A DNA stretch of 64,000 nt. Source: Phycisphaerales bacterium. GTDB taxonomy: Bacteria; Planctomycetota; Phycisphaerae; Phycisphaerales; SM1A02. The notes beneath the pieces are model-generated. The model had not been told where the DNA came from and ran no database searches. It was given only the letters and a program-made list of their open reading frames with translations. A program made the translations under genes and the position numbers. Positions 27,808-37,950 of this stretch are shown piece after piece. Each line of letters starts with the position of its first letter. Within the stretch, counting starts at the first letter, position 1. The DNA is taken from contig JABABM010000005.1 in the NCBI GenBank assembly GCA_014238205.1, positions 19,189 to 83,188 on the forward strand. Reading direction: 5' to 3'.

Positions 27808-30054
27808 TCAGCTCTTCTCGGCGATCTTCTCGTTGATCGTCTGGAGCATGAACTCGAACAGGGGAAGTTCAGCCGGCGGGACGTTTGTCCGCTGCGCCTC
27901 GAGCAGGGATTTCATCATCCCAAGCTGATCGAGGGGGATCGTATCTACCTGCTGGAGGAACTGCTGGACCTGGGCCTGTTGATCAGGAGAGAGATCCGCC
28001 AGTGAAACAGTTGCCTCTTCAGAGGATTCAGGAGCCTCCGCAGGCTCTTCCGAGGGTTCCCAGAGAGCAACACCCTCGATCTGGAGGCTGCCCAGGTCAC
28101 GGACCTGCGCCGTCGAATCCTGAACATCGGTTCCGACCGCCTCGGCTCGACCTCCAAGATGCTCCGAAAGGAACTGCTCCGTCACGGCCATGAATGCCAG
28201 CCTGTTCTCGGGCTTGGCAAATCCATGTCCCTCGTCCGGGAAGACGACGTAGGTCACCGGGATCGAACGCTCGTTCATCGCCGAGACGATCTGATCGCTT
28301 TCGGCGACCTTGACCCGGGGGTCGTTGGCCCCCTGGCCGATGAGCAGCGGCTTCTGGATGTTGCTCACGTGCGTCAGGGGGGAGATGCTGTCAAGCCACT
28401 CCGTCTCATCAGCGCCGCCAACACGTTCCGTAAACATGATCTTGATCGGCTCCCAGTACATCGGGATCGTCGACAGGAGCGTACCGATGTGTGAAGGGCC
28501 GACGATGTCTACACCGCAGGTCCACAACTCCGGGTCACGAGTCATGCCGGCAAGGGTTGCATACCCGCCATAACTGCCACCCATGATGGCAAGCTTGTCC
28601 TTGTCGGCGATGCCTTCCTCGATGGCCCAGGCTGCTGCGTCATTCACATCATCCTGCATCGCGTGGTACCACTGGCGATTCCCGGCGTTGAGAAACTCCT
28701 TGCCGAATCCCGTCGAACCCCTGAAGTTGGGTGAGAGAACGGCATAGCCACGATTGGCCAGCCACTGGTGGATGGGGTTGTAACCCCAGCTGTCGCGGGC
28801 CCAGGGGCCACCATGCACAAGTACGACTGTCGGCCATGGGCCATCCCCCTTGGGGGTCGTGACATAACTTGGAAGCACCAGCCCATCGCGAGCAGTGATC
28901 TCCACGGGTCGAGTCATGACCAGTTCATACTCTTCAAGATCAGGGCGATTGGAAAAGAGGTAGGTGCCAGTCTTGGATTCAGTGTCATACAGCCAGTAGT
29001 TGACTGGACCGTTGTCTCGCTCAAAGGCAACGACCATGGTCGACTCGTCGAGCGTCCAGTCCGTGATGGCAGGGTCTCCTGCATCGAGTGCCTTGATCGC
29101 ATCAAAGTGCACCTGAAGCTCCGGGTCGAGGACATGCCATTCGTTCCGGAGGTAGTTGACGGATACGGCTCGCGGCTTGTGGGTATCCATGTCCGAATAG
29201 ATTCCACCGACATCGGCCTTGTCGCTTTCGAAGATGATGGTGGCCTGCTCGGCCCCACCCTTCCGTGCAGGCATGGATACCAGGGCCGAAGTGTCCCGGC
29301 CAGTTGCATCCTTTGCATACATGATGGTGCCATCCTTGGAGAATCCCAGGGGCATCGTGTTCATCGCGTCCTGCATGGGGACATTCATGAACTCGTACCA
29401 CTCACCTTCGGCCGAGTTGCGAAGTTCAAACAGGGTTCCACCATCCTCGGTCATTCGTGCACGGCCACGAATGGTCCAGTCGTCATCGGGCATCATGCCG
29501 ACGTAGCCTCCGTCGTTGGCGAAAATCATCTCGGATTCACCTGTGCGTGTATTAACCCGGTACATGTCCATGTTCCTGGGGTCGCGCTGGTTCATCTGGA
29601 TCAGGATCTCATCAGGACGATCCTTGTGCTGCCCGGCGATTCCAGCCTTGATACCTTCGAAGGGAGTCAAGTCCGTTGTTTCCTTCGTCTCAAGATCAAC
29701 GGCATACACATGCGTGTTCTCATCACCATTCCTGTCCAGGCTGTAGAGAATCTGTTCGCCATTGATTGCCCAGGCATAGCCGGGGATGGGACGATCTGTA
29801 GAACTGGTCACCACCCTCGCTTCACCACCATCTACAGGCTGAATCCAGACGTTGAGTACATCCTCATGTGGTGCCATGTAGCTGATGGTCTTGCCATCAG
29901 GGCTGATCTGGAGACCCGCACGCTCTGGATTCCCGAACAAGGTTTCACGGGGGATCAGGGGGGTTTCACTCGGAGGAGTCACCTGGCTGCCCAGGGCAGA
30001 TGAAGTCATTCCTACCAGGGCGATGAGTGAGGTTGTTGAGACGACTGGATGCAT
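27808..30054 (-). CDS. S9-family serine peptidase (prolyl oligopeptidase / dipeptidyl-peptidase-like) with a signal peptide
   Basis: 748 aa. N-terminal beta-propeller region and alpha/beta-hydrolase domain with the GGSYGGY nucleophile motif and a later D...H (FPDEGHGF). It has an additional ~100-aa acidic/helical C-terminal tail. Confidence 0.85.
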   Translation of the reverse strand: MHPVVSTTSLIALVGMTSSALGSQVTPPSETPLIPRETLFGNPERAGLQISPDGKTISYMAPHEDVLNVWIQPVDGGEARVVTSSTDRPIPGYAWAINGEQILYSLDRNGDENTHVYAVDLETKETTDLTPFEGIKAGIAGQHKDRPDEILIQMNQRDPRNMDMYRVNTRTGESEMIFANDGGYVGMMPDDDWTIRGRARMTEDGGTLFELRNSAEGEWYEFMNVPMQDAMNTMPLGFSKDGTIMYAKDATGRDTSALVSMPARKGGAEQATIIFESDKADVGGIYSDMDTHKPRAVSVNYLRNEWHVLDPELQVHFDAIKALDAGDPAITDWTLDESTMVVAFERDNGPVNYWLYDTESKTGTYLFSNRPDLEEYELVMTRPVEITARDGLVLPSYVTTPKGDGPWPTVVLVHGGPWARDSWGYNPIHQWLANRGYAVLSPNFRGSTGFGKEFLNAGNRQWYHAMQDDVNDAAAWAIEEGIADKDKLAIMGGSYGGYATLAGMTRDPELWTCGVDIVGPSHIGTLLSTIPMYWEPIKIMFTERVGGADETEWLDSISPLTHVSNIQKPLLIGQGANDPRVKVAESDQIVSAMNERSIPVTYVVFPDEGHGFAKPENRLAFMAVTEQFLSEHLGGRAEAVGTDVQDSTAQVRDLGSLQIEGVALWEPSEEPAEAPESSEEATVSLADLSPDQQAQVQQFLQQVDTIPLDQLGMMKSLLEAQRTNVPPAELPLFEFMLQTINEKIAEKS

Positions 30055-30245
30055 TGAACTGTCCTTATCAGTGGAATCCGGGCGGTATTGCCCTTGCTGA
30101 ACAGGGGGATTGTGTTCCTGAGGCTCAAATGAGCCGGATTCGGGATTCTACGACAAACTGGATGCTCATGTTCACTTGTACCCATATGAGCCCTGTGACC
30201 AGAAACAGGCCTAGGAAGATCCCAGCCTCGACTTTGATGGGTTCA

Positions 30246-30287
30246 TCCACTGGTTATCCACCGAGTTTCCACCAAACTGTCCACAAT
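30246..30287. promoter_or_regulatory. array of four TCCAC direct repeats at one-helical-turn spacing (candidate transcription-factor binding site)
   Basis: TCCAC begins at 30246, 30257, 30268 and 30280 (spacing 11, 11, 12 nt). The array lies in the divergent peptidase/cstA spacer. The last copy extends to TCCACAAT. Confidence 0.4.
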
Positions 30288-30298
30288 TTGAAGGCGTC

Positions 30299-30326
30299 TT
30301 GCCAAGATCTGTCATCACCTTAGGAT
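30299..30326 (+). promoter_or_regulatory. candidate sigma70-like promoter (TTGCCA-16 nt-TAGGAT)
   Basis: TTGCCA at 30299-30304 and TAGGAT at 30321-30326 with a 16-nt spacer, directly downstream of the TCCAC array. The match to the E. coli-type consensus is only partial. Confidence 0.25.
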
Positions 30327-30425
30327 GCCCCTGTCGACATTCGGAAGTGTGAAAGCACGGAAGAATGAAGACAGCCGGAGGGGAACTTGGGAAGGAGCAA
30401 TCCAACCCAAAAACTCTCGGCAAAC

Positions 30426-30467
30426 GGAAACCCCGAACTGGCAACAGTCCGGGGTTTCCACTTTTTT
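30426..30467 (+). terminator. canonical intrinsic terminator on the plus strand, 42 nt upstream of the cstA start
   Basis: GGAAACCCCG (30426-30435) pairs with CGGGGTTTCC (30450-30459) across a 14-nt loop, followed by ACTTTTTTG (T6 at 30462-30467). No plus-strand CDS lies upstream of it. Confidence 0.55.
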
Positions 30468-30508
30468 GCAACAACCAGGACTCCCGGTATGTTGCGTGTC
30501 GAGATTTC

Positions 30509-32365
30509 ATGAACACGCTCTTGATTGCCATCCTGTCTGGTGTCGGTTTCATCATTGCCTACCACACCTATGGACGGTGGCTGGGCGGCCGAATCTTCAA
30601 TCTCGCCACTGACAACACCTGCCCCTCTGAACGTCTCAAGGATGATGTCGACTACGTGCCGACCCGGCGAAGCATTGTCTTTGGACACCACTTCACTTCC
30701 ATTGCAGGAACCGGCCCGATCGTCGGGCCAGCCATTGGTGTTCTCTGGGGGTGGCTGCCTGCACTGCTGTGGGTCGTGTTCGGTTCGATCTTCATCGGCG
30801 CGGTGCACGATTTTGGAAGCCTGCTGGTCAGCCTTCGAAACAACGGCCAGACAATCGGTGATGTCGCAGGTCGGCTGTTGAATCGCAGGGTACGCCTGCT
30901 CTTCATGATCGTGCTCTTCATCGGGCTCACGATCGTTCTTGCCATCTTCGGGCTTGTCATCGCTGCGGTGTTCAGGATGTTCCCCGCGGCAATCTTCCCC
31001 TGCCTCATACAGATACCACTGGCGGTCACCATTGGACTCTGGCTGCAGCGACGTGGCGCTTCCTTGCTCCTGCCCTCGCTGATCGCCCTGCTCCTGATGC
31101 TTCTGAGCATCATCTACGGAGACGTCGGGCTGCTCGGGAGTTTCAACGCATCCCTCGCCGCCCTTCCCTACATTGCCTGGGTCGCTCTGCTGCTGGCCTA
31201 CGCCTATGTCGCCTCGGTGCTGCCGGTATGGGTGCTCCTGCAACCACGGGACTACATCAATGCACTGCAGCTGATCGGGTCCCTCGGACTGATCGTGATC
31301 GGGCTCTGCTGGGCCGCGTTCGCCGGTGGCGCCCCGGTTGGTGAAGAAGCAACTCGACCAGCCCTGGACATCGTGGCGCCCATGTTCCATTGGGACCCCG
31401 CTGGCGCACCACTCATGGTCCCCTTCCTCTTCATCACGATTGCCTGCGGCGCGATCAGTGGATTCCACTGCCTCGTCTCCAGTGGCACAACCAGCAAGCA
31501 GTTGGCCTGTGAAAGCGATGCACGCTTCGTCAGCTATGGCAGCATGCTCACGGAGGGGTTCCTGGCCGTGCTGGTCATCCTGGCATGCACAGCCGGGCTT
31601 GGGCTCGGCATCATGGGCGCAGATGGAACGACGCTTGTTGGAGATGCAGCCTGGGCACATCGCTACGGATCCTGGGATGCCATGGACCAGGGCCTGGCCC
31701 CGAAGGTCGGGGCCTTCGTCGACGGTTCGGCCAACTTCATTGCGTCCCTTGGTATTCCTGCTGGTATTGCCGTGGCTCTGATGGGCGTCTTCGTCGCCTC
31801 GTTTGCCGGCACGACCCTCGATACCGCCTGTCGACTGCAGCGATATGTCGTTCAGGAACTGGCCTCGACGCAGGGTGCCGTGTTCAAACCACTTCGGATC
31901 TTCCGAAACCCACACGCCGCCGCGGGCATCTCGGTCGTACTGGCCGCTGGGCTTGCCGCAGTTCCTGCATCGGGAGAGTGGTCATGGTCGACCATGGGAA
32001 CAGGTGGCATGATTCTCTGGCCTCTCTTTGGTGCAACGAACCAACTGCTGGCCGGGCTGGCCTTCCTGGTAATTGCATGCTGGTTGTGGCGACGACGAAA
32101 GCCAGTCTGGTTCCTCAGCGTGCCCCTGCTGATCATGCTGGTGATCCCGATGTGGGCCATGATCGACCAGGTCTTCACCGGAACGGGGCGAGACACCAGT
32201 TGGATCAATGACGGACGCTGGGAACTTGTCGGTATTGGAGTTGTGACCATCCTGCTGGAAGCCTGGATGTTCATCGAGGCGGTGCTGCTGATGCCACGGA
32301 TCCGCGGTGTTCTGGAAGCAACCGCCGAAGAACACGATCAGGCGAAGATACCGGCCAGAATGTAG
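30509..32365 (+). CDS. cstA: carbon starvation protein CstA (peptide/pyruvate transporter family)
   Basis: Start trimmed to ATG 30509 (MNTLLIAILSGVGFIIAYHTYGRWL). Contains the family motif FGHHFTSIAGTGPIVGPAIGVLWGWLPALLWV..GAVHDF and many TM helices. Confidence 0.85.
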   Translation: MNTLLIAILSGVGFIIAYHTYGRWLGGRIFNLATDNTCPSERLKDDVDYVPTRRSIVFGHHFTSIAGTGPIVGPAIGVLWGWLPALLWVVFGSIFIGAVHDFGSLLVSLRNNGQTIGDVAGRLLNRRVRLLFMIVLFIGLTIVLAIFGLVIAAVFRMFPAAIFPCLIQIPLAVTIGLWLQRRGASLLLPSLIALLLMLLSIIYGDVGLLGSFNASLAALPYIAWVALLLAYAYVASVLPVWVLLQPRDYINALQLIGSLGLIVIGLCWAAFAGGAPVGEEATRPALDIVAPMFHWDPAGAPLMVPFLFITIACGAISGFHCLVSSGTTSKQLACESDARFVSYGSMLTEGFLAVLVILACTAGLGLGIMGADGTTLVGDAAWAHRYGSWDAMDQGLAPKVGAFVDGSANFIASLGIPAGIAVALMGVFVASFAGTTLDTACRLQRYVVQELASTQGAVFKPLRIFRNPHAAAGISVVLAAGLAAVPASGEWSWSTMGTGGMILWPLFGATNQLLAGLAFLVIACWLWRRRKPVWFLSVPLLIMLVIPMWAMIDQVFTGTGRDTSWINDGRWELVGIGVVTILLEAWMFIEAVLLMPRIRGVLEATAEEHDQAKIPARM

Positions 32366-33822
32366 TAGAAGATGATGGCAAGCCCTGCCCCTGCAGGAAT
32401 CGTCACGACCCAACTGACAGCGACGTCACGAACCGTACGAAGGTTCAGGGCGCCGATACCCCTTGCCAGGCCAACGCCAAGCACGGCCCCGACCAGGGTA
32501 TGCGTCGTGGATATCGGCAATGCAAGCCACGAGGCGAACACGATGGTCGTGGCAGCCCCGAAGGTGGCACTGAAACCACGACTTGGAGTCAACTCAGTGA
32601 GCCTGGTGCCCACCGTCCTCATGACCCGCCAACCCCAGGTGGCCAGGCCGATGGCGATGGCGATGCCACCCAGTGCAAGGAACCATCCTGATACGGGTGC
32701 CTTCGTCCCGACGGCACCTTCCTTGATGGTCTCCCAGGCTGCCGCCATGGGGCCGATCGCATTGGCCACATCATTGGAGCCGTGTGCAAAGGCGATGAAG
32801 CATGCACTGATGACCACGAGGTAGACGAAAATACGCTCGACCTTCCAGACTGAACTTGGTGTTCCTGCCGGCGACGTCGTCTTCTGTTCCATGGACGTAT
32901 TGAGCATCTCCACCTTATGCAGCAGGTCCTGCACCTCATCCTCCACGTCACCCTTGGACATGCTCTTTGCCCGTCCAAGGTGCTTCCTGGCACGCTGCAG
33001 GGCTCGGCTCAGATAAAGTTGCCGTGCTTCACTTTCCTGTGTTTCACCATCTTCATCATCGACATTGATGCGACGAACCAGGACGGCCGAGATGATCGCA
33101 GCAAGCAAGCCGATGCCACCTGCAATGAGGAGGGCTTCCCAGAGAGGAAAATCAACGCCCTTGAGCCGGTGCTTCAGGCCCTTCTCAACCAGGACCATCG
33201 ACAGGATGGTGAATACCACGAAGACCATGCATGGAGTGAATCGCCGCGCAGCCTCCACCGGTCTCGGGTTGTGGAAGATCTTGCGCATGATGATGTTGAA
33301 GATGAAGTAACTGATGATGCCGCTGAGTACCGGCGAGATAACCCAACTGACGGCGATGGTTCCGACCTTCCCCCAGTAGATCGCCTGGATCCCAGCAAAG
33401 ACGGCTCCAAAGCCGAGGATGGCCCCGACGATTGAATGCGTCGTGGACACCGGCCAGCCGAAGTAGGAGGCGATCAGCAGCCACGTACCCGCCGCGAGCA
33501 ACGAGGCAAGCATCCCACAGACAAAGAGCGTCGGCTCGGCAGAAAATATCTCGGGATCGACTATTCCCTTTCGAATGGTGTTTGAAACACCCGCTCCAGC
33601 GAAATAGGCACCGACAAACTCGAAGATGGCTGCGATGATGACGGCTCGGCGGAGGGTCAGGGCACCGGAGCCGACGCTGGTCGCCATGGCATTGGCAACG
33701 TCATTGGCCCCGATGTTCCAGGCCATGTAGAAGCCGAAGATGACTGCAAGCAGCATCAGTGCATTGGGAGACGTGATCCCTGAGATCGTGTCTACGGCGG
33801 TGGTGGCGAGGGTGAGATCCAT
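32338..33822 (-). CDS. inorganic phosphate transporter, PiT family
   Basis: 494 aa. The PHO4 signature is duplicated (GANDVANAMATSVGSGALT and GSNDVANAIGP), with a long hydrophilic central loop. Confidence 0.9.
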   Translation of the reverse strand: MDLTLATTAVDTISGITSPNALMLLAVIFGFYMAWNIGANDVANAMATSVGSGALTLRRAVIIAAIFEFVGAYFAGAGVSNTIRKGIVDPEIFSAEPTLFVCGMLASLLAAGTWLLIASYFGWPVSTTHSIVGAILGFGAVFAGIQAIYWGKVGTIAVSWVISPVLSGIISYFIFNIIMRKIFHNPRPVEAARRFTPCMVFVVFTILSMVLVEKGLKHRLKGVDFPLWEALLIAGGIGLLAAIISAVLVRRINVDDEDGETQESEARQLYLSRALQRARKHLGRAKSMSKGDVEDEVQDLLHKVEMLNTSMEQKTTSPAGTPSSVWKVERIFVYLVVISACFIAFAHGSNDVANAIGPMAAAWETIKEGAVGTKAPVSGWFLALGGIAIAIGLATWGWRVMRTVGTRLTELTPSRGFSATFGAATTIVFASWLALPISTTHTLVGAVLGVGLARGIGALNLRTVRDVAVSWVVTIPAGAGLAIIFYYILAGIFA

Positions 33823-33856
33823 CAGTCAATCTACTGGTGTGGAATATCCCAAGGAG

Positions 33857-34534
33857 TTATTTGATCGCAAGCATGATTCGAACACGATTCGCTAGTTTCT
33901 CGGAGTAGTTGCTCAAACCGCCAATGTCTCGCAGAAGATTCCTCCAGAGCAGGAACTCGGCCTTTGAAAGTTCGTCCTCGTTGTTGAAGAGCGCCCGGAG
34001 CAGGTCTCGCTGGATCACGTCCGCTTCATGTTCATACAGCGCGACCTGGTCGACCATCTGTTCGGCCTTGTTCGCCTCTGCACCACCGAAGCCCATTTCC
34101 GCAAGTTCATCGAGGTCGGCGATGATGGTGCGAACAACGCGAAATGCCTCGATGTTCTTCGTCAGGAAATCGCCAAAGTGCTCCTTGATCGGATCGATCA
34201 AGGGCAGGGCCTTGAAGGTCAGGAGAACACCGATGTCCTCCGCCTTGTCGGCGATTGAATCCTGGTCGGAGAGCATGTCCATGAGCGTGCCGCGGTCGAC
34301 CTGCATGAACAGGCCACGCGGCAACGAGTTTCGGATGTCGTTCTTGACCAGGTCGGCGTTGTGCTCGAGTTTCGAGACTGTCCCGGCCCGCTCGCAGATC
34401 TCGTCGTAGGACATGCCGGAGACGAATCCCTCGAGGATCTCCACGACGGCATTGACGCACTCCTCAACCTTCTCCATATGGACCTGGAGAGGGACCAATG
34501 GCGATCTTCCGAACAACTTGGCTACAGTTCTCAT
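33857..34534 (-). CDS. DUF47 / PhoU-like phosphate transport regulator (PiT partner)
   Basis: 225 aa all-helical protein starting LFGRSPL...LQVHMEKV.ECV. It lies immediately upstream of the PiT gene, the usual DUF47-PiT arrangement. Confidence 0.8.
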   Translation of the reverse strand: MRTVAKLFGRSPLVPLQVHMEKVEECVNAVVEILEGFVSGMSYDEICERAGTVSKLEHNADLVKNDIRNSLPRGLFMQVDRGTLMDMLSDQDSIADKAEDIGVLLTFKALPLIDPIKEHFGDFLTKNIEAFRVVRTIIADLDELAEMGFGGAEANKAEQMVDQVALYEHEADVIQRDLLRALFNNEDELSKAEFLLWRNLLRDIGGLSNYSEKLANRVRIMLAIK

Positions 34535-34933
34535 GAAGAATATTGCCTAGAGAATCGAAGTGCGTACGGGCGGCAGTGTAAATACCTCATCAAGTATGTT
34601 GGAGCAATATTTGGGGTAGTTCAGAAAATTTTTGCCCCCGGAAAGTCGCTTGCCTGCACTCCTGAAAGACCTATTCAGAAGGGGATCCCGAGACCTGCTC
34701 TTTAGGGCTTGGATTCCACAATCCTGATGTTCAGGTCGGGTCCACAATCCGACTTCTCTTCCAGCCATGAGCTCCTGTTGACCCCGGGGAGTTGGTTTGT
34801 CAGGATGTCCCCCCTGCATGCGTAAAGCCCTTGGCATCTGTGTACATCGAGAGGTCATGAAGCCGATCGAGGGAAAGCAGATCCACGCGACATTTCCTCC
34901 ACTACGACTCCCAGGAACCGAGAGAGAACGCGA

Positions 34934-36514
34934 ATGAGAATCGGAATCCCCCGCGAAATACACCATGGTGAGAAGCGGGTGGCTGGCGTTCCCTCGACGG
35001 TGCAGCAGCTCATCAAGGCAGGGTTTGAGGTCCAGGTCGAGGATGGAGCCGGCTTCGGTGCAAAGATCTCCAACGGCTCATATGCCCAGGTCGGGGCAAC
35101 TGTCATCGAAGATACCCGGCAACTGTGGGCCACCAGTGATCTCATCCTGAAGGTCCGCCACCCCCAGAAACACCCCACGCTTGGACATGAAACCGATCTG
35201 CTCAAGGATGGCGGCAGCCTGATCAGTTTCATCCAACCTGCGTCGAATGATGAGCTTCTCGGGAGACTTGCAAGCAGGAATGCGACCGTTCTGGCCATGG
35301 ACTGCATTCCCCGCATCAGCCGTGCCCAGAAGATGGACGCCCTCAGCGCGATGGCGAACATTGCCGGATACCGGGCCATCATCGAGGCGTCCTATGCCTA
35401 CCCCCACTTCCTGGGTGGACAGATGACCGCAGCCGGTCGGATTGATCCCGCCAAGGTACTGGTCATCGGTGGCGGTGTAGCAGGACTTGCTGCCGTCACC
35501 GCCGCCAAGGGACTTGGAGCCATTGTCCGCGCCTTCGACACACGCATAGCCGTGAAGGAACAGGTTGAGAGTCTTGGCGGCGAGTTCCTGATACTCGACT
35601 TCAAGGAATCCGGCGAAGGTGCAGGCGGTTACGCGAAGGTCATGACCGATGCCTTCATCGAGGCCGAAATGGCCCTGTTCGCACAACAGGCCATCGAGGT
35701 GGACATCATCATCACGACCGCCGTCATCCCCGGACGCGACGCACCCAAACTCATCACCGGTGGAATGATCGAAACCATGAGACAGGGCTCGGTCATCGTC
35801 GACCTGGCAGCCGAGTTCGGTGGCAACTGCGTACTGACGGAACCCGGCAGGATGATCGAGCACCATGGTGTGAACATCATCGGGTTCACCGATCTTCCCA
35901 GCCGCATGGCAACGCTTTCCAGCCGCCTCTACAGCAACTCGGTCCTCAAGTTCATCGAGGAGATAGGCGACGCCGAATCATTCTCAATCGATCACAACAA
36001 TGAGGTGGTCCGAGGCGCCCTTGTCCTGGAAGATGGACAGAAGCGATGGCCTCCGCCTGAACCCACCAAGCCCGAAGGCGATCCCTACTCCGTCGACGTT
36101 GGCAAGCGCCCCGTGGCCACGTCATCAACTGAACAGGAGGCTCTCCTTCCAGCATCGCCAAATGATCCCACGAGGATCGTCCAGGGCATCGCGATCCTCC
36201 TTGGAATCCTGCTTGTCATCGCCATCGGGCTCTGGGCCCCAAGTGAGTTCCTCGGCCACTTCACGGTATTCATCCTTGCCTGCTTCGTCGGTTGGCAGGT
36301 CGTATGGAATGTCACCCCCGCCCTTCATACCCCCCTGATGAGCGTGACCAACGCCATCAGTGGCATCATCATCCTCGGCGGCATGCTCCACCTGTCAGCC
36401 GATTCCAATACAGCTGCTATCGCACTCGGCGTCATCGCCGTCTTCTTTGCCACCATCAACATCTGCGGCGGGTTCCTGGTGACCCGCCGGATGCTTGCCA
36501 TGTTCCGGAAGTAA
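34934..36514 (+). CDS. pntA: NAD(P) transhydrogenase alpha subunit (dI plus the N-terminal part of dII)
   Basis: 526 aa. [33 protein letters not shown], the NAD-binding [13 protein letters not shown] motif and C-terminal TM helices. Confidence 0.9.
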   Translation: MRIGIPREIHHGEKRVAGVPSTVQQLIKAGFEVQVEDGAGFGAKISNGSYAQVGATVIEDTRQLWATSDLILKVRHPQKHPTLGHETDLLKDGGSLISFIQPASNDELLGRLASRNATVLAMDCIPRISRAQKMDALSAMANIAGYRAIIEASYAYPHFLGGQMTAAGRIDPAKVLVIGGGVAGLAAVTAAKGLGAIVRAFDTRIAVKEQVESLGGEFLILDFKESGEGAGGYAKVMTDAFIEAEMALFAQQAIEVDIIITTAVIPGRDAPKLITGGMIETMRQGSVIVDLAAEFGGNCVLTEPGRMIEHHGVNIIGFTDLPSRMATLSSRLYSNSVLKFIEEIGDAESFSIDHNNEVVRGALVLEDGQKRWPPPEPTKPEGDPYSVDVGKRPVATSSTEQEALLPASPNDPTRIVQGIAILLGILLVIAIGLWAPSEFLGHFTVFILACFVGWQVVWNVTPALHTPLMSVTNAISGIIILGGMLHLSADSNTAAIALGVIAVFFATINICGGFLVTRRMLAMFRK

Positions 36515-36521
36515 CCCACTC

Positions 36522-37925
36522 GTGCAGTACTCCCTGGTCATCATTGCCTACCTCATCGCCGCCGTGCTCTTCATTCTGAGCCTCGGGGGGCTCTCGAAGC
36601 AGGAAACGGCGCGACGTGGAAACACGATGGGCATCGTGGGCATGCTGCTCGCTCTCCTTGCCGCTGTCTGCAGCGACGGGGTTTCTCTCTACGGCTGGCT
36701 TGTGCTGGCCATGATTCCAGCCGTGATCATCGGCGCCATATTGGCGGCCCGTGTCCAGATGACACAGATGCCGCAACTGGTCGCCCTGCTGCATTCATTC
36801 GTTGGGGCAGCAGCTGTCCTGGTCGGCTTCGCAAGCTACCTCGATCCACATGCGGAAATGACCGTTGCTGAAACAACGGTGCATTCCATCGAGATCTTCC
36901 TGGGGGTTGGCGTAGGCGCCATCACCTTCACCGGCTCGATCATCGCCTGCCTGAAACTCCATGGTTCGATGTCCGGAAATCCATTGATCCTGCCGGCACG
37001 ACACCTGTTGAATCTCCTGATCCTGCTCATAACCCTCGGGCTTGGTGTCTGGTTCGTACTCAGCCATGATCCTTCGGTTGGTCTTGTTCCCCTGATCATC
37101 GCCGCGATCCTCACGGCCCTCTTCGGCGTGCACATGGTGATGGCAATCGGTGGAGCCGACATGCCCGTCGTCGTTTCCATGCTCAACTCCTATTCCGGGT
37201 GGGCCGCAGCTGCTGCCGGATTCATGCTCGGCAACGACCTGTTGATCATTACGGGGGCGCTCGTGGGCAGCAGTGGTGCCATCCTCAGCCTCATCATGTG
37301 CCGAGGCATGAACCGTTCCTTCATCAGTGTCATTCTCGGCGGGTTCGGGACTGATGGTGGTGGCAGTGGTAGTGGAAGCAGTGATGAACCCCAGGGCGAT
37401 GTCACCTCCATAGAAGCTGATGTCGCTGCCGACCTGATGCGGAATGCCAAGACTGTCGTGATCGTGCCCGGGTATGGAATGGCCGTTGCCCAGGCCCAAC
37501 ATGCCCTCGCCGAGGTCGTCAAGAAACTTCGAGACGCCGGGGTCGAGGTCCGTTTCGCCATCCACCCGGTTGCTGGGCGACTGCCTGGACACATGAATGT
37601 CCTGCTGGCCGAGGCAAACGTCCCCTATGACATCGTTCTCGAGATGGATGAAATCAACGGTGAACTCCCGGAGACGGATCTCGCACTTGTCATCGGGGCC
37701 AATGACATCGTCAACCCCAGTGCTGAGACGGACCCGCACAGCCCCATAGCCGGCATGCCAGTCCTCCAGGTCTGGAACAGCAGGGATGTCATCATGATGA
37801 AGCGTGGCATGGCCAGTGGATATGCAGGTGTTGGGAATCCGCTGTTCTTCCACGAAAACACATCGATGCTCTTTGGCGATGCCAAGGACAACATCGATCG
37901 CATCAATGCCGCCCTTGGCAACTGA
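36522..37925 (+). CDS. pntB: NAD(P) transhydrogenase beta subunit
   Basis: N-terminal TM domain, Gly/Ser linker and a dIII domain ([36 protein letters not shown]). The start is probably GTG 36522, just after the pntA stop. The track start at 36495 would overlap pntA. Confidence 0.9.
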   Translation: MQYSLVIIAYLIAAVLFILSLGGLSKQETARRGNTMGIVGMLLALLAAVCSDGVSLYGWLVLAMIPAVIIGAILAARVQMTQMPQLVALLHSFVGAAAVLVGFASYLDPHAEMTVAETTVHSIEIFLGVGVGAITFTGSIIACLKLHGSMSGNPLILPARHLLNLLILLITLGLGVWFVLSHDPSVGLVPLIIAAILTALFGVHMVMAIGGADMPVVVSMLNSYSGWAAAAAGFMLGNDLLIITGALVGSSGAILSLIMCRGMNRSFISVILGGFGTDGGGSGSGSSDEPQGDVTSIEADVAADLMRNAKTVVIVPGYGMAVAQAQHALAEVVKKLRDAGVEVRFAIHPVAGRLPGHMNVLLAEANVPYDIVLEMDEINGELPETDLALVIGANDIVNPSAETDPHSPIAGMPVLQVWNSRDVIMMKRGMASGYAGVGNPLFFHENTSMLFGDAKDNIDRINAALGN

Positions 37926-37950
37926 TGCACCCACCTGATCGGGTAGGCTG

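Noticed and set aside
30055-30425. Possible known housekeeping RNA (tmRNA, SRP/4.5S, RNase P or 6S) in the long peptidase/cstA spacer. There are superficial resemblances, such as CCGGATTCGGGATTCTACGAC to a tmRNA 5' end and GGAAGAATGAAGACAGCC to the SRP GGAAG...CAGCC motif.
   Set aside because: There is no tRNA-like 3' end or tag ORF for tmRNA, no GAGGAAAGTCC-type RNase P core, and the SRP-like match is partial and lacks the flanking helix. The region is reported only as an uncharacterised leader or sRNA candidate.
34535-34933. Small ORFs (34547-34966 minus strand, 34361-34705 plus strand) and a possible Pho box in the 399-bp spacer between the DUF47-PiT operon and pntA.
   Set aside because: The ORF translations are low in complexity and overlap the flanking genes. 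No CTGTCAT-type direct repeats are present. Only the TCCACAATCC repeats were kept, as part of the motif finding.
37354-37385. Short GGT/AGT-rich repetitive stretch (ggtggtggcagtggtagtggaagcagt).
   Set aside because: It encodes the GGGSGSGSS flexible linker between the membrane and NADP(H)-binding domains of PntB. It is coding low complexity, not a repeat element.
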